Source: Phycisphaerae bacterium
GTDB taxonomy: Bacteria; Planctomycetota; Phycisphaerae; UBA1845; Fen-1342
Direction of reading: 5' to 3'
Length of the DNA stretch: 64,000 nucleotides
Assembly: GCA_963675745.2 (NCBI GenBank)
Contig: CAXXWX010000001.1
Coordinates: 96,001 to 160,000, forward strand
The notes under the pieces are model-generated. The model saw nothing but the letters and a program-made list of their open reading frames with translations, did no database searches and was not told the origin of the DNA. Position 1 is the first letter of the stretch. Every line of letters starts with the position of its first letter. Positions 10,382 through 19,819 of the stretch are shown here, one piece after another. The position numbers were made by a program, and so were the translations under genes.

Positions 10382-12160
10382 CTACACGGTGGGCGCGGCC
10401 GAAGGCCCGGTTGCGTCGGCCGGCTTCCAGTCGATCACGCGCAGCTCGACCCGGCGCTGGTTGTTCCACTCGTTGATGATCGGCTCGAAGGCAACGCGCA
10501 AGCGCGGGTGTTCGGCGAGCCACTCGACATCCTTGCCTCGGCCAAAGGCGATGGCCTTACGTGTCTCCTGACCTTGCCGCACGCTGAATTGCAGGTGGCT
10601 GCCGTTGCGCCCGACGGCGCGCGGCGGCCCGGCCAACTCGACGACGCCGGTGGCCAGGCGCACTCGGTGGTTGCCCGGGCCGAAGGGGGCCAGGCGTTGC
10701 AACGCATCCACCACGCCCGAATCGAGCTGCGCGAGCGTGACTTCATCGTCGAGATACAGCTTCGGCCGCAGGTCCTTGCTGGTCAGGCACTGGGCCGCCT
10801 CGGCCTGAAACGCCTTGGTGAAATCATCGATCCGCGCTTGCTCGATCTTGACACCCGCGGCCATGGCGTGACCGCCGAAACTTACCAGGTGGGGCGCACA
10901 ACGACTCAGAGCCTCGTGGAGGGGAAACCCCTTGATGCTGCGACCCGAACCCTGGCCGGCCTCGCCATCGAGGGCGATGAGCACCGTCGGACGGTGAAAG
11001 CGATCGACCAGGCGTGAGGCGACAATGCCAACAACGCCGGCATGCCAATCCGCGCTGGCCAACACGATGCCGCGACATGTGTCCCGATCGAAACCCAACT
11101 CGGTCACCAGGGCTTCGGCCTGCTTGGTGATGCCGCGTTCGACGCTTTGCCGCTTGCGATTCTGGGCGTCGAGCGTCTCGGCGATCTGCCGCGCCTGCTC
11201 GGGGCCGGCCCGCGTGAAGAGCTCCACGGCCAGTCGCGCGTGTCCCATGCGGCCGATCGCGTTAAGTCGCGGGGCGAGCATAAAGCCGACATCGTAATCG
11301 TCGTAAGAGCGTTTCTCGGCCAGACCCGACACATCGATCAGCGCGCGCAGGCCGGGATTCTGCGAGTGTTTGAGCTGACGCAGGCCGAACGTCGCGATGA
11401 TGCGGTTCTCGCCGATGAGGGGGACGATGTCGGCAATCAACCCGAGGGCGGCGAATGCGGTCGCATCGAGCAGGAACTCACGCCACTCGGAGCCGACCTG
11501 CCGCGCGCCGCCGAGCTCGCGCGCCAGAGCCCAGACCACCTTGAGGGCCACGGCGGCGCCGCACAGATCGGGATTGCGCGACACGCCGCACGCCGTGGGA
11601 TGCACGATGACATCGGCCGGCGGCAACTCCGAGCGCGGTTCGTGATGGTCGGTGACGACTACGGTCAGACCGAGAGCATTGGCGTGCGCAACCTCCTCGA
11701 GCGCGGTGATGCCGCAGTCCACGCTGATCAGCACATCGGCACCGTCGCCCTTGATCTGATCGATGGCTTCGCGGTTCAGTCCATAGCCTTCATCAAGGCG
11801 GCTGGGAATGTAGAAGCTGACGTCACCGCCCGCGAGCTTGAGCGCGTGCCACAGGATGGCCGTGCCGGTCACGCCGTCGACATCATAATCGCCATAGATC
11901 GTAACCTTGCTCCCGGCACGGATCGCCTGGGCCAGACACGCCCCGGCCTCGACGGCCCCGGGCAACTCCTCGGGTGGGCACAGCTCCTTGAAGTCGGGAT
12001 TCAGAAAACGGTGAATGTCGCCCGCCGACTCGGCACCACGGTTGAGCAGCACCTGGGCGAGCAGCGGTGCGACGCGCGCGGCGGCGGCCAGCTCGTCGCG
12101 TCGCGGATGCGCCACCGCGATGATCCAGTCACGCTCTGGATGGCTCTGGGTGGTAGGGAT
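10382..12160 (-). CDS. recJ: Single-stranded-DNA-specific exonuclease RecJ
   Basis: YGDYDVDG, EGYGL, VDCG, TDHH, APRLNAIGR, GSGRS, FGGHAMAAG and PFGPGN. Start is either GTG 12115 or ATC 12160 (see findings). Confidence 0.95.
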   Translation of the reverse strand: MPTTQSHPERDWIIAVAHPRRDELAAAARVAPLLAQVLLNRGAESAGDIHRFLNPDFKELCPPEELPGAVEAGACLAQAIRAGSKVTIYGDYDVDGVTGTAILWHALKLAGGDVSFYIPSRLDEGYGLNREAIDQIKGDGADVLISVDCGITALEEVAHANALGLTVVVTDHHEPRSELPPADVIVHPTACGVSRNPDLCGAAVALKVVWALARELGGARQVGSEWREFLLDATAFAALGLIADIVPLIGENRIIATFGLRQLKHSQNPGLRALIDVSGLAEKRSYDDYDVGFMLAPRLNAIGRMGHARLAVELFTRAGPEQARQIAETLDAQNRKRQSVERGITKQAEALVTELGFDRDTCRGIVLASADWHAGVVGIVASRLVDRFHRPTVLIALDGEAGQGSGRSIKGFPLHEALSRCAPHLVSFGGHAMAAGVKIEQARIDDFTKAFQAEAAQCLTSKDLRPKLYLDDEVTLAQLDSGVVDALQRLAPFGPGNHRVRLATGVVELAGPPRAVGRNGSHLQFSVRQGQETRKAIAFGRGKDVEWLAEHPRLRVAFEPIINEWNNQRRVELRVIDWKPADATGPSAAPTV

Positions 12161-12312
12161 TGCTGCGGTCCTCCGGGTTATGCGTTCTGGTGCATAGCGT
12201 AGAGCATTCTGGGCTTTCGCACGACGGCCCGTCCGCGGCCCGGCTGGAGAAATCTCCGCCAGCAGCGTCTTCGGCCGCCAAAGACGGGCGCCGCGCCGGC
12301 TTTGGATCGGGT

Positions 12313-13188
12313 CTAGCCGACGTATTTTGACAGGAGCACGCCGTAACGCCGCGCGGTCTCAGGCGTAATTCGCTTTCGATCTGTCCACAGCGCCAAATCG
12401 AGGGCATCGTGCGCCGGGCTGGGCGGCAGCGGTTTGTCCGCCAGCGCCGCGATCGCCGCGCGCATCAGCGTGATCGCGTTGCCCGTCGCGGCGCGCAGAT
12501 GGCCGATGATCTCTTCAAGCAGCTTCTGTTTCGGCAGGGCCGCGTCGTGCGGTTTCCAGCAATCGTAGTCGGTCACCAGCGCAATGAGCGCATACGCAAT
12601 TTCCGCCTCACGAGCCAGCTTGGCCTCGGGCATGCTGGTCATGCCGATTACGTCCCCCCCCCACTGCTGGTGCATCTTCGCCTCGGCGATCGTGCTGAAG
12701 GCGGGCCCTTCCATGCAGACATATGTTCCGGCGGCGTGCACGGTGGTGTCCACCGCGCCGGTGCTTGCCAGCAGATGCTCGCGGAGTACGTCGCAATACG
12801 GCCGGGAGTACTCCACGTGGGCCACCACGCCTTCGTCAAAGAACGTGGGTGTGCGGCGGAAAGTCTTGTCGATCACCTGGTCAACGATCACGAGGTCGCG
12901 CGGGCGGAATTCCTCGCGCAACGAGCCGACGGCGCCGCTCGCGATGATGTGTGTCACGCCGAGCGACTTCAGCGCGTAGATGTTTGCGCGGTATGGCACC
13001 GTTGAGGGGTTGTAAACGTGCCCGTCGCCGTGTCGGGCTAGGATCGCGAGATCGAGTCCGTGCCACCGGGCGCGGTGAATCGGGCCGCTGGGTTGGCCGA
13101 AGGGGGTCTCGATGAGGCGTTGCTCACCGGCTTGCTCCTGCCCGAGCAGTGCGTCACCCAATCCGGTTCCGCCGATCAATCCAATCAT
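12313..13188 (-). CDS. mtnP: S-methyl-5'-thioadenosine phosphorylase
   Basis: IGLIGGTG, RHGDGH, YRANIYALK, YVCMEGPAFST, IGMT..PEAKLAREAE and VTDYDCW. Confidence 0.92.
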   Translation of the reverse strand: MIGLIGGTGLGDALLGQEQAGEQRLIETPFGQPSGPIHRARWHGLDLAILARHGDGHVYNPSTVPYRANIYALKSLGVTHIIASGAVGSLREEFRPRDLVIVDQVIDKTFRRTPTFFDEGVVAHVEYSRPYCDVLREHLLASTGAVDTTVHAAGTYVCMEGPAFSTIAEAKMHQQWGGDVIGMTSMPEAKLAREAEIAYALIALVTDYDCWKPHDAALPKQKLLEEIIGHLRAATGNAITLMRAAIAALADKPLPPSPAHDALDLALWTDRKRITPETARRYGVLLSKYVG

Positions 13189-13308
13189 GCTGCTGCTCCT
13201 GTGTGGCCGGCCCGCCGGCGTATGCTCACGGTCCCGGATTCGCTCGTAGCGGCCGGATAACGATCAGTCCCCCACCTCAAGAGGTGGGGCACCCGATTGT
13301 GGCGGCCG

Positions 13309-15597
13309 CTACACCTTTTTCAGTGAAGCGTGCTCCAGTATCAGATCCTTCGTGCCGGCGCCGGCGAACACGATCGAGGCCGAGGTCAACCCTCCAACCG
13401 AGCTGATCCGGCGCACGCACCCGATGCCGTATTCCTCGTGCTCGACAAATGTACCGGGCCGCCAGTCGGCGTAAGGGGTAGACGGTTCGTGGTCGCCGCG
13501 ATCGGCGGAGACATCAATCATGCGATCCGCCGGGTCGCCTGGCGCTTCCGTGAAGGAGCGCCGGCGGATACGTCCGGGTTCACCGATTTCCTCCGGCGCA
13601 AGCTGGTCGTCGAGGCGTACGAAGCCGTCGCGCTGATTCGCCCCCCGCCCCCAACGCGGCCTGGCGAACGACTCGGTGAGTATCGCGTCGTCCGGCAATT
13701 CGCGTATGAACTGGGACGTGGCGCGCGGCACCAGGCTGCCCCTGATGAAGCGCTGCCGAGCGTGACTCAGGTACAGTCTCTGCCGGGCCCGCGTGATACC
13801 TACGAAACACAGTCGGCGCTCCTCCTCCACATCACCATCATCCCGCATTAGAGCTTGATCATGTGGCAGCAGGCCTTGCTCCAGGCCGACGATGAACACG
13901 ACTGGAAACTCGAGCCCCTTGGCCGCGTGCAGCGTCAGCAGCAGCACTGCATCCACTTTCTCATCCACGCTGTCCTGGTCGCTGGTCAGGCTGACGCGTT
14001 GGAGAAAATCCTCCAGGCTGCCGTCGTCGAAGTCGTCATCGTATTGCGTCGCAGCGCTCACCAACTCGCGCACGTTGGCCAGCCGGTCTTCGCCCTGCTC
14101 TTCCGACTCTTTCTCCAGGGCGACTTCGAGCCCGGACCGTCGCAGCACCTCGCCGACGGCCTGTGCCACGCGTCCCTCGCAACACGCGCTGATCTCATTG
14201 AGCAGCGCGGCGAACCTGCTCACCTTCTTCGCCGCGGCCGACTTGATCGTCGGCACCTGATCGACCTTTGTTACTGTCTGCAGCAAGGTCTGACCTTCCC
14301 GCTCGGCATGGTCGATCAGGCGCTGCACAGTCGTCGCGCCGATGCCGCGGGCCGGCGTGTTGATGATCCGCAACAGCGCTACCTGGTCGGCGGGATTCAC
14401 GATCACCCGCAGGTATGCCAGCGTGTCCTTGATTTCTTTGCGGTTGTAGAACTCGACGCCGCGCGCTATGCGATACGGAATCCCCTCGGCGCGCAGGGCT
14501 TCCTCCAGACCGCGCGTGATGGCGTTTATGCGGTACGCAATGGCGAAGCTGTTGTACGAGCCGCCGCCGACGTGGAGCTGCGCGATGGTCTCGGCGATGC
14601 GGCGGGCTTCGTCCCGGCCTTCGGCGAATTCCCAGACCGTGACCGGCTCGCCCTCCTCGTTGTTGGTCCAGACGTCTTTGGCCTTGCGGCGCGTATTGCA
14701 GGCAATCAGCTTGGAGGCGGCGCGGCAGATGTGCTTGGTTGAGCGGTAGTTTTCTTCGAGCCGCACGATTCGCGCGTCGGGGAAATCATGTTCGAATTCG
14801 AGGATGTTGCGTATGTTCGCGCCGCGCCAGCCATAGATGCTCTGATCCGGGTCACCAGTCGCACAGATATTGCCGTGGTGCCGCGAGAGCGACCTGGCGA
14901 TGAGATACTGAGCGTGGTTCGTATCCTGGTACTCGTCGATCAGCACGTACTGAAAACGTATGTTGAGCCGCTCGGCGATGTCGGGATGGTCACGCAGCAC
15001 CTGAGCCACACGCATCAGCAGGTCATCGAAATCCACGGCGTTGCGCTGCCTTAGGAGCTGGTCATAGGCATCGTAAACACGCGCGAGCATGCGCTGATCG
15101 TGGAAGCTCGCGCGCTCGGCGAATTCCGCCGGCGTTTGCAGCCGGTTCTTGGCGTGGCTGATCTTGGCCAGGGCCCGCTCGGGGCGCAGCAGTTGCTCGG
15201 GGATGTCGCAGAGCGCGAGGGCGTCTTTGATGACGCGCTTCTGGTCGGTCTGATCGTAGATCGAAAATCCGGGCTGCACGCCGCCGAGAGTGCCGAACTC
15301 GCGGAGCAGCCGCACGCACAACGCGTGAAAAGTGTAGACCCACATGCCGCGCGCCACGCCGAGCGCTTCGATGCGTTGTTTCATCTCGCCGGCGGCCTTG
15401 TTGGTGAACGTGATCGCGAGAATGTTGTGCGGCGCCACGCCGGTGTGCACGAGGTATGCCGTCCGCCGCGTGATTACGCGCGTTTTACCGCTGCCGGGCC
15501 CGGCCAGCACCAGCAACGGGCCGTCGCGGTGCATCACGGCTTGCCGCTGCGGCTCGTTGAGGTTCTGCAGGATCATCGTCGCAGCGCCGCCGGCCAT
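13309..15597 (-). CDS. UvrD/PcrA/Rep family ATP-dependent DNA helicase
   Basis: AGPGSGKT, ITFTNKAA, DEYQDTN, GDPDQSIYGWRGA, NYRST, TLHAAKGLEF, EERRLCFVGITRA and a C-terminal Tudor-like segment. Confidence 0.95.
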   Translation of the reverse strand: MAGGAATMILQNLNEPQRQAVMHRDGPLLVLAGPGSGKTRVITRRTAYLVHTGVAPHNILAITFTNKAAGEMKQRIEALGVARGMWVYTFHALCVRLLREFGTLGGVQPGFSIYDQTDQKRVIKDALALCDIPEQLLRPERALAKISHAKNRLQTPAEFAERASFHDQRMLARVYDAYDQLLRQRNAVDFDDLLMRVAQVLRDHPDIAERLNIRFQYVLIDEYQDTNHAQYLIARSLSRHHGNICATGDPDQSIYGWRGANIRNILEFEHDFPDARIVRLEENYRSTKHICRAASKLIACNTRRKAKDVWTNNEEGEPVTVWEFAEGRDEARRIAETIAQLHVGGGSYNSFAIAYRINAITRGLEEALRAEGIPYRIARGVEFYNRKEIKDTLAYLRVIVNPADQVALLRIINTPARGIGATTVQRLIDHAEREGQTLLQTVTKVDQVPTIKSAAAKKVSRFAALLNEISACCEGRVAQAVGEVLRRSGLEVALEKESEEQGEDRLANVRELVSAATQYDDDFDDGSLEDFLQRVSLTSDQDSVDEKVDAVLLLTLHAAKGLEFPVVFIVGLEQGLLPHDQALMRDDGDVEEERRLCFVGITRARQRLYLSHARQRFIRGSLVPRATSQFIRELPDDAILTESFARPRWGRGANQRDGFVRLDDQLAPEEIGEPGRIRRRSFTEAPGDPADRMIDVSADRGDHEPSTPYADWRPGTFVEHEEYGIGCVRRISSVGGLTSASIVFAGAGTKDLILEHASLKKV

Positions 15598-15600
15598 ACC

Positions 15601-15654
15601 ACCCTCACTCCCCTAATCCCTCACTCCCTCAATCCCTCATTCCCTTAGTCCCTC
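15601..15654 (-). repeat. Degenerate 8-bp tandem repeat, seven GGG tracts (GAGGGA.T)
   Basis: Plus-strand C tracts begin at 15602, 15610, 15618, 15626, 15634, 15642 and 15650 (period 8) and fill the nuclease-helicase intergenic gap. Confidence 0.9.
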
Positions 15655-16682
15655 TCTTCCAACCCCGGCAGCAACTCCGGCTGATAGTTGTTGTAGTGCT
15701 TCCAGCTCTCGATCTGCTCCGCCGTCGGCGCACTGCTCGTGTACGCCGCCCAAACGAGCGCGTTCAGCATGTCGGTGGCGTCCGCCAGGCGGCTTTCAAT
15801 GAACTTCTTGCCGGCGGGGCCGTTTAACTCTCCATCGCGCTCCAGGCGATAAAGTGGCTCGACTTGCGCCAGGCCGCGGCGAATATGCTCGGCGATATCC
15901 TGCCAGGGATCCTCGGCATTCACCTTGCGCGCGAACGTCACGCGCGGCTTCAGCGTTTGGTACGTGATCGCATGGTGCGCGATAACGCCGCCGTCGATGT
16001 ACTTATGGAAAGTCCGCTCGGTGGTGTATCCGTGTGGGTTGTCGCCCGCCCAGCCGTTGTAGTGCTTGGTTGTGTGCAGGGGCTGCGCCGCGTCGGCAAC
16101 GAAGTGGGCCAGGTTACCGAGGTGGTCGATGGCAATGCTGCGGGCCTGGAGCAGTTGATGACGCCGCGCCGGTTCGTCGATCGCCTCGAGGATGCGCACT
16201 TGCTGAAAGGCGGCCTGAAGGTAAGCGTACTCCTCGGAGATTGCGTAGGGCAAAAAGCCCGGCCATTCGTGTATCCGCGCCGCGTCGCCGTCGGCATCGT
16301 AGGCATCGATGCGGTCCGGCTTCGTGTGCTTGGCCAGCACCAGCGCGCGAACGTACTCACGCCGCAACCTGGGTAGCGATTCGAGAGTCAGGCCGAACTG
16401 ATCGAGCAGTTCGACGTCCATAAAATGATCGGGATAGGTGACATGCTGAAGGGGCAGCGCCGGCCAGCCGCGCCACCGATCGACCTGGTTGGATTGAAAG
16501 GCAATCCGGTGACGGACCGATGGGGCGCGCAGCCATGCCGGGGCTTCGGCGGGCAGACCGTCGAGCGCAATGTAAGTAACTGTACGGTGGGTGTGGGCGT
16601 CCCAGGCGTCCGCCCGTTCCGCTGGCATGGCCACGGCCGCAACCAGCATCAGGATCGCAAGGTGGCAAGGGTGTCGCATCAC
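15645..16682 (-). CDS. Secreted S1/P1 nuclease / Zn-dependent phospholipase C superfamily protein
   Basis: Signal peptide followed by mature N-terminal WDAHTH; HFMD; HFVADAAQPLH; FHKYID Zn-ligand motifs. Confidence 0.8.
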   Translation of the reverse strand: MMRHPCHLAILMLVAAVAMPAERADAWDAHTHRTVTYIALDGLPAEAPAWLRAPSVRHRIAFQSNQVDRWRGWPALPLQHVTYPDHFMDVELLDQFGLTLESLPRLRREYVRALVLAKHTKPDRIDAYDADGDAARIHEWPGFLPYAISEEYAYLQAAFQQVRILEAIDEPARRHQLLQARSIAIDHLGNLAHFVADAAQPLHTTKHYNGWAGDNPHGYTTERTFHKYIDGGVIAHHAITYQTLKPRVTFARKVNAEDPWQDIAEHIRRGLAQVEPLYRLERDGELNGPAGKKFIESRLADATDMLNALVWAAYTSSAPTAEQIESWKHYNNYQPELLPGLEERD

Positions 16683-17014
16683 GGCAAATCTCCCATAACA
16701 TCAGCCCTGTCAAGTGGTTACAGCCACCGAGGGCCATTGCGCCAAGCGTCGCCCCCAGGTATGTGCGTAATAATACCGATGGAAACGTCTTCGCGACAGG
16801 CGCATTGTGTTAGTAGACGTCCGCATTGCTTTCCGACGGCATTTGAATAAACTCCAATATTGCGGCCGAGGTGTTGCTCCCACATGTATGCAATGCCCAA
16901 GTGAAGACAATTAAAGCCGTTGCGGACCTATGAGGTTTGGCGGCGTGTGGTTTCGGACGAGCCGCCCTGCCGGCTCAAAACGGGTATGTTCACCAGAAAC
17001 AAAGGAACGATGAG

Positions 17015-17857
17015 ATGCGATTTACGATAACTGCTGCCGTATTGTTGGTCGGGTTGTACGGGATTACGCCGGCGTTGGCGGACAATTGTGACAAAGACGC
17101 GGCCAAGGCCATGAAGTGCGGCACGAAGTCCGACAAGTGTGATGCCAAGAAGTGCTGCACGACGTCTGACAAGGGTGATGCCAAGAAGTGCTGCGCGGCG
17201 TCCGAAAAGGGCCAGACGACCAAGGTCGTGGCCTATGAGGACAAGGAAGGGCACGACATCCCCAAGGACCAGTGCGCTTCACAGTGTGCGAATAAGGTCG
17301 CCAAGGGCACGCCGCTGATGTGCTTTGTCGTGGGCGACAAGCAGACCAACTGCCCGGGCGAGGCCGAGGAACTGGCAGGTGGCGACGCCAGCAAGATCAA
17401 GTACGCCGTCGGCGAGAAGAAGTACGACAACGAGGCTGATGCCAAGAAGGCATATGGCGAGGCGCTTGACGGCTATCTGAAGGAGATCACGCAGGTTCAG
17501 TATGTGATCGGCAAGGATGTCACCTGCTGCGCCGTGACAGCGGGCTCAATGGCCAAGAAGCAGAATGCGCCGATTCGTTATCGCGTGGCGATGGTCGACT
17601 TCGAGGACAAGAGCGAGGCCGAGAAAGCCGCCAAGCTTGCGACCGAGGCTTCGGAAAAGGTGCATATGACCTGCCTGGTTGATGGCAAGAAATACCAGTG
17701 TGACAAGCAGGCCGAAGCCGCCTGCAAGGCAAGCGGCAAGAAGGCCAAGTTTGTGATCGGCGACGTAACGACCGACTGCGATGTGACGGCGAAGATCCTC
17801 GTGCTCCGGTCGAAGATCGACGCAGCCGCTGAGGCCGTCGCCAAGATCCACGGCTAG
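17015..17857 (+). CDS. Secreted Cys/Lys-rich hypothetical protein with internal repeats
   Basis: Signal peptide MRFTITAAVLLVGLYGITPALA, then SDKxDAKKCC repeats and recurring (F/Y)V(V/I)G...C units. Confidence 0.75.
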   Translation: MRFTITAAVLLVGLYGITPALADNCDKDAAKAMKCGTKSDKCDAKKCCTTSDKGDAKKCCAASEKGQTTKVVAYEDKEGHDIPKDQCASQCANKVAKGTPLMCFVVGDKQTNCPGEAEELAGGDASKIKYAVGEKKYDNEADAKKAYGEALDGYLKEITQVQYVIGKDVTCCAVTAGSMAKKQNAPIRYRVAMVDFEDKSEAEKAAKLATEASEKVHMTCLVDGKKYQCDKQAEAACKASGKKAKFVIGDVTTDCDVTAKILVLRSKIDAAAEAVAKIHG

Positions 17858-17895
17858 GCCGATTCGAACGTAGCCGTACAGGTGACACTCTCAAG

Positions 17896-17938
17896 TCCGT
17901 AGTGGCCGACGCGGTCGGCTGCTACGGATTTGTGTTTT
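17896..17938 (+). terminator. Stem-loop between convergent genes, probable intrinsic terminator
   Basis: TCCGTAGTGGCCGAC-GCG-GTCGGCTGCTACGGA (15-bp stem including G-U pairs) followed by TTTGTGTTTT. Confidence 0.7.
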
Positions 17939-19736
17939 CAGGCTTGTCGGGGGGACCAAGGCTGACCAGCGTGTCGCCGGGTTTCGGTGTCTGGTCGGTC
18001 TGCGCCGTGAGTGGCTTAGCGCTGCCGCCGCGGATGACGACCAGCGGCAGTACATCAGCGCCATAGCGCTCCCGGAAGGCATCGAAGTTGAAACTCTCGG
18101 TCAGCGGTGTCGCGCGGATCACCGCGCCGGCGGCCACACGCTGATTCAGCACGCCGAAGGTCTGCTCCGAGCCAAACAGGATCCGCCCGTGCAACTCGTG
18201 TGCAAGCATCGGCTTTCCACCGCGCCCCTTAGCCGGCGCGACCTGATAGACTTCCTTTCGACCAAAGGTGCGTTCGAAGCGACGCACCGCCAGCGCGTTG
18301 ACTTCATCATTGGGGGTCACGGCGAGCGCGCGTCCCAGGCCCTGAAAGTCGAGTTGCTGCTCGAGGAAGTCCACTAGCACGTTGCCCTCGAACGCCGGCA
18401 GGCCGGCCATGCGCGCCGCGCTTGTGTGCGCGCGGTTGGTGTCGATCAACAGCACGCGCAGCCCTTCGCGCTGCAAGACCTCGGCGAGCGAACGTGCCCA
18501 GCGGTGCGCGCCGACGATCAGGAATCCTTGCGGATTCGGATCAGCCACGCCCAGCCGTCGTGCCAGCAATGGTGCGGTCAGCCCGTAGACCGCCACGGTC
18601 GCCACAATCACGAGGAATGCGAGCGGTCCCAGCAGCGCGGCCCGTGGATCATGTTCTTCGAGGCGCAACGCGAACACCGAGGCGATTGCGGCCGCCACGA
18701 TTCCGCGCGGCGCAAGCCAGGAGAGTAATACACGCTCGCGCCAGGCCAGGCCCGTGCCGATGGTCGAGCTGAGCACCGCCAGCGGGCGGATGATCACAAT
18801 CAACACCGCGACGAACAGCAGGCTGCCCCAGCCGAGCTGCGCCAGATCATCGATGGTCAAGCGCGCGCTGAGCAGGATGAACAGCGTCGATATGAGCATC
18901 ACACGCAGGTGCTCTTTGAATTCAATGATATGGCTGACGTTTGCCAGACGCTGGTTCGCCAGCACGACACCCATCACCGTGACCGCAAACAGACCGGACT
19001 CCTCCTGCACCAGATCGGCCGCCGTATAGGCCACTGTAACGAACATGAGCGAGATGGCATTGTGGAGAAAATCGGGAATCCAATGGCGGCGAATGAGCAG
19101 CGCCAGGGCGAGAGCCCCCACGAAACCAAGCGCGCCGCCGAGGACGACCGTCTTCAGCATCCCGACGATCGCGATCGAAGTGACTTCCTGATAGCCGCCG
19201 GCCAGCAGCGATTCAAAAACCAGGACGGCCAGCAGCGCGCCTATTGGATCATTGACGATACCTTCCCACTTGATGATCGAGCCAAGCTGGGCGGTTGGGC
19301 GCAGGAATCGCAACATGGGCATGATCACGGTGGGTCCGCTGACCACCAGCACCGCCCCGATGAGCAACGCCGCGCTCCACTGAAGCCCGATCAGATAGTG
19401 GGCGGCGACGGCTGCCAAGGCCCAGGTTACCAGGATGCCAACCGTGACCAGGCGCAGCACGACGCTGCGCACGTCTTTGATTTCGCGCAAGTCCAGGCTC
19501 AGGCCGCCTTCGTACAGGATCAGCCCGACCGAGAGCGAGACAATCGGCAGCAGGAGGTGGCCGAAGAGAGAATCAGGAGCCAGTTCTCGCGCGTACGTGT
19601 TGGCGGCCAGACCGGCACCGAATCCGAATAGCAGCAGCAACAGGATCGACGGCAGACCGAAACGCCATGCGATCCACTGGGCGCTGACACCCAGCGCGAT
19701 GACGGCGGTCAGGGCTAGCAGCATGTGCTCGGACAA
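17922..19736 (-). CDS. Cation:proton antiporter (CPA1, NhaP-type) with C-terminal Rossmann (TrkA-N-like) domain
   Basis: About 12 TM segments; ILYEGGL, VSGPTV, KWEGIVNDPIG and APRGIVAAA; C-terminal LIVGA...LIDTN. Confidence 0.88.
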   Translation of the reverse strand: MSEHMLLALTAVIALGVSAQWIAWRFGLPSILLLLLFGFGAGLAANTYARELAPDSLFGHLLLPIVSLSVGLILYEGGLSLDLREIKDVRSVVLRLVTVGILVTWALAAVAAHYLIGLQWSAALLIGAVLVVSGPTVIMPMLRFLRPTAQLGSIIKWEGIVNDPIGALLAVLVFESLLAGGYQEVTSIAIVGMLKTVVLGGALGFVGALALALLIRRHWIPDFLHNAISLMFVTVAYTAADLVQEESGLFAVTVMGVVLANQRLANVSHIIEFKEHLRVMLISTLFILLSARLTIDDLAQLGWGSLLFVAVLIVIIRPLAVLSSTIGTGLAWRERVLLSWLAPRGIVAAAIASVFALRLEEHDPRAALLGPLAFLVIVATVAVYGLTAPLLARRLGVADPNPQGFLIVGAHRWARSLAEVLQREGLRVLLIDTNRAHTSAARMAGLPAFEGNVLVDFLEQQLDFQGLGRALAVTPNDEVNALAVRRFERTFGRKEVYQVAPAKGRGGKPMLAHELHGRILFGSEQTFGVLNQRVAAGAVIRATPLTESFNFDAFRERYGADVLPLVVIRGGSAKPLTAQTDQTPKPGDTLVSLGPPDKPENTNP

Positions 19737-19819
19737 ACACGGCTCCTTCGGCGATTGGCCCCCATATTCTGGTCAACGGTGGTGCATGCCGCAACGGGGC
19801 CGGGTGAAGTGGCGCGGTG

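Noticed and set aside
15645..16682. S1/P1 nuclease as a T6SS effector
   Set aside because: It has a Sec signal peptide, lies over 20 kb from the T6SS core genes among housekeeping genes, and has no adjacent immunity or adaptor gene.
16683..17014. AT-richer intergenic region as an ncRNA or riboswitch
   Set aside because: No recognisable RNA family motif or strong stem; adequately explained as a divergent promoter region.
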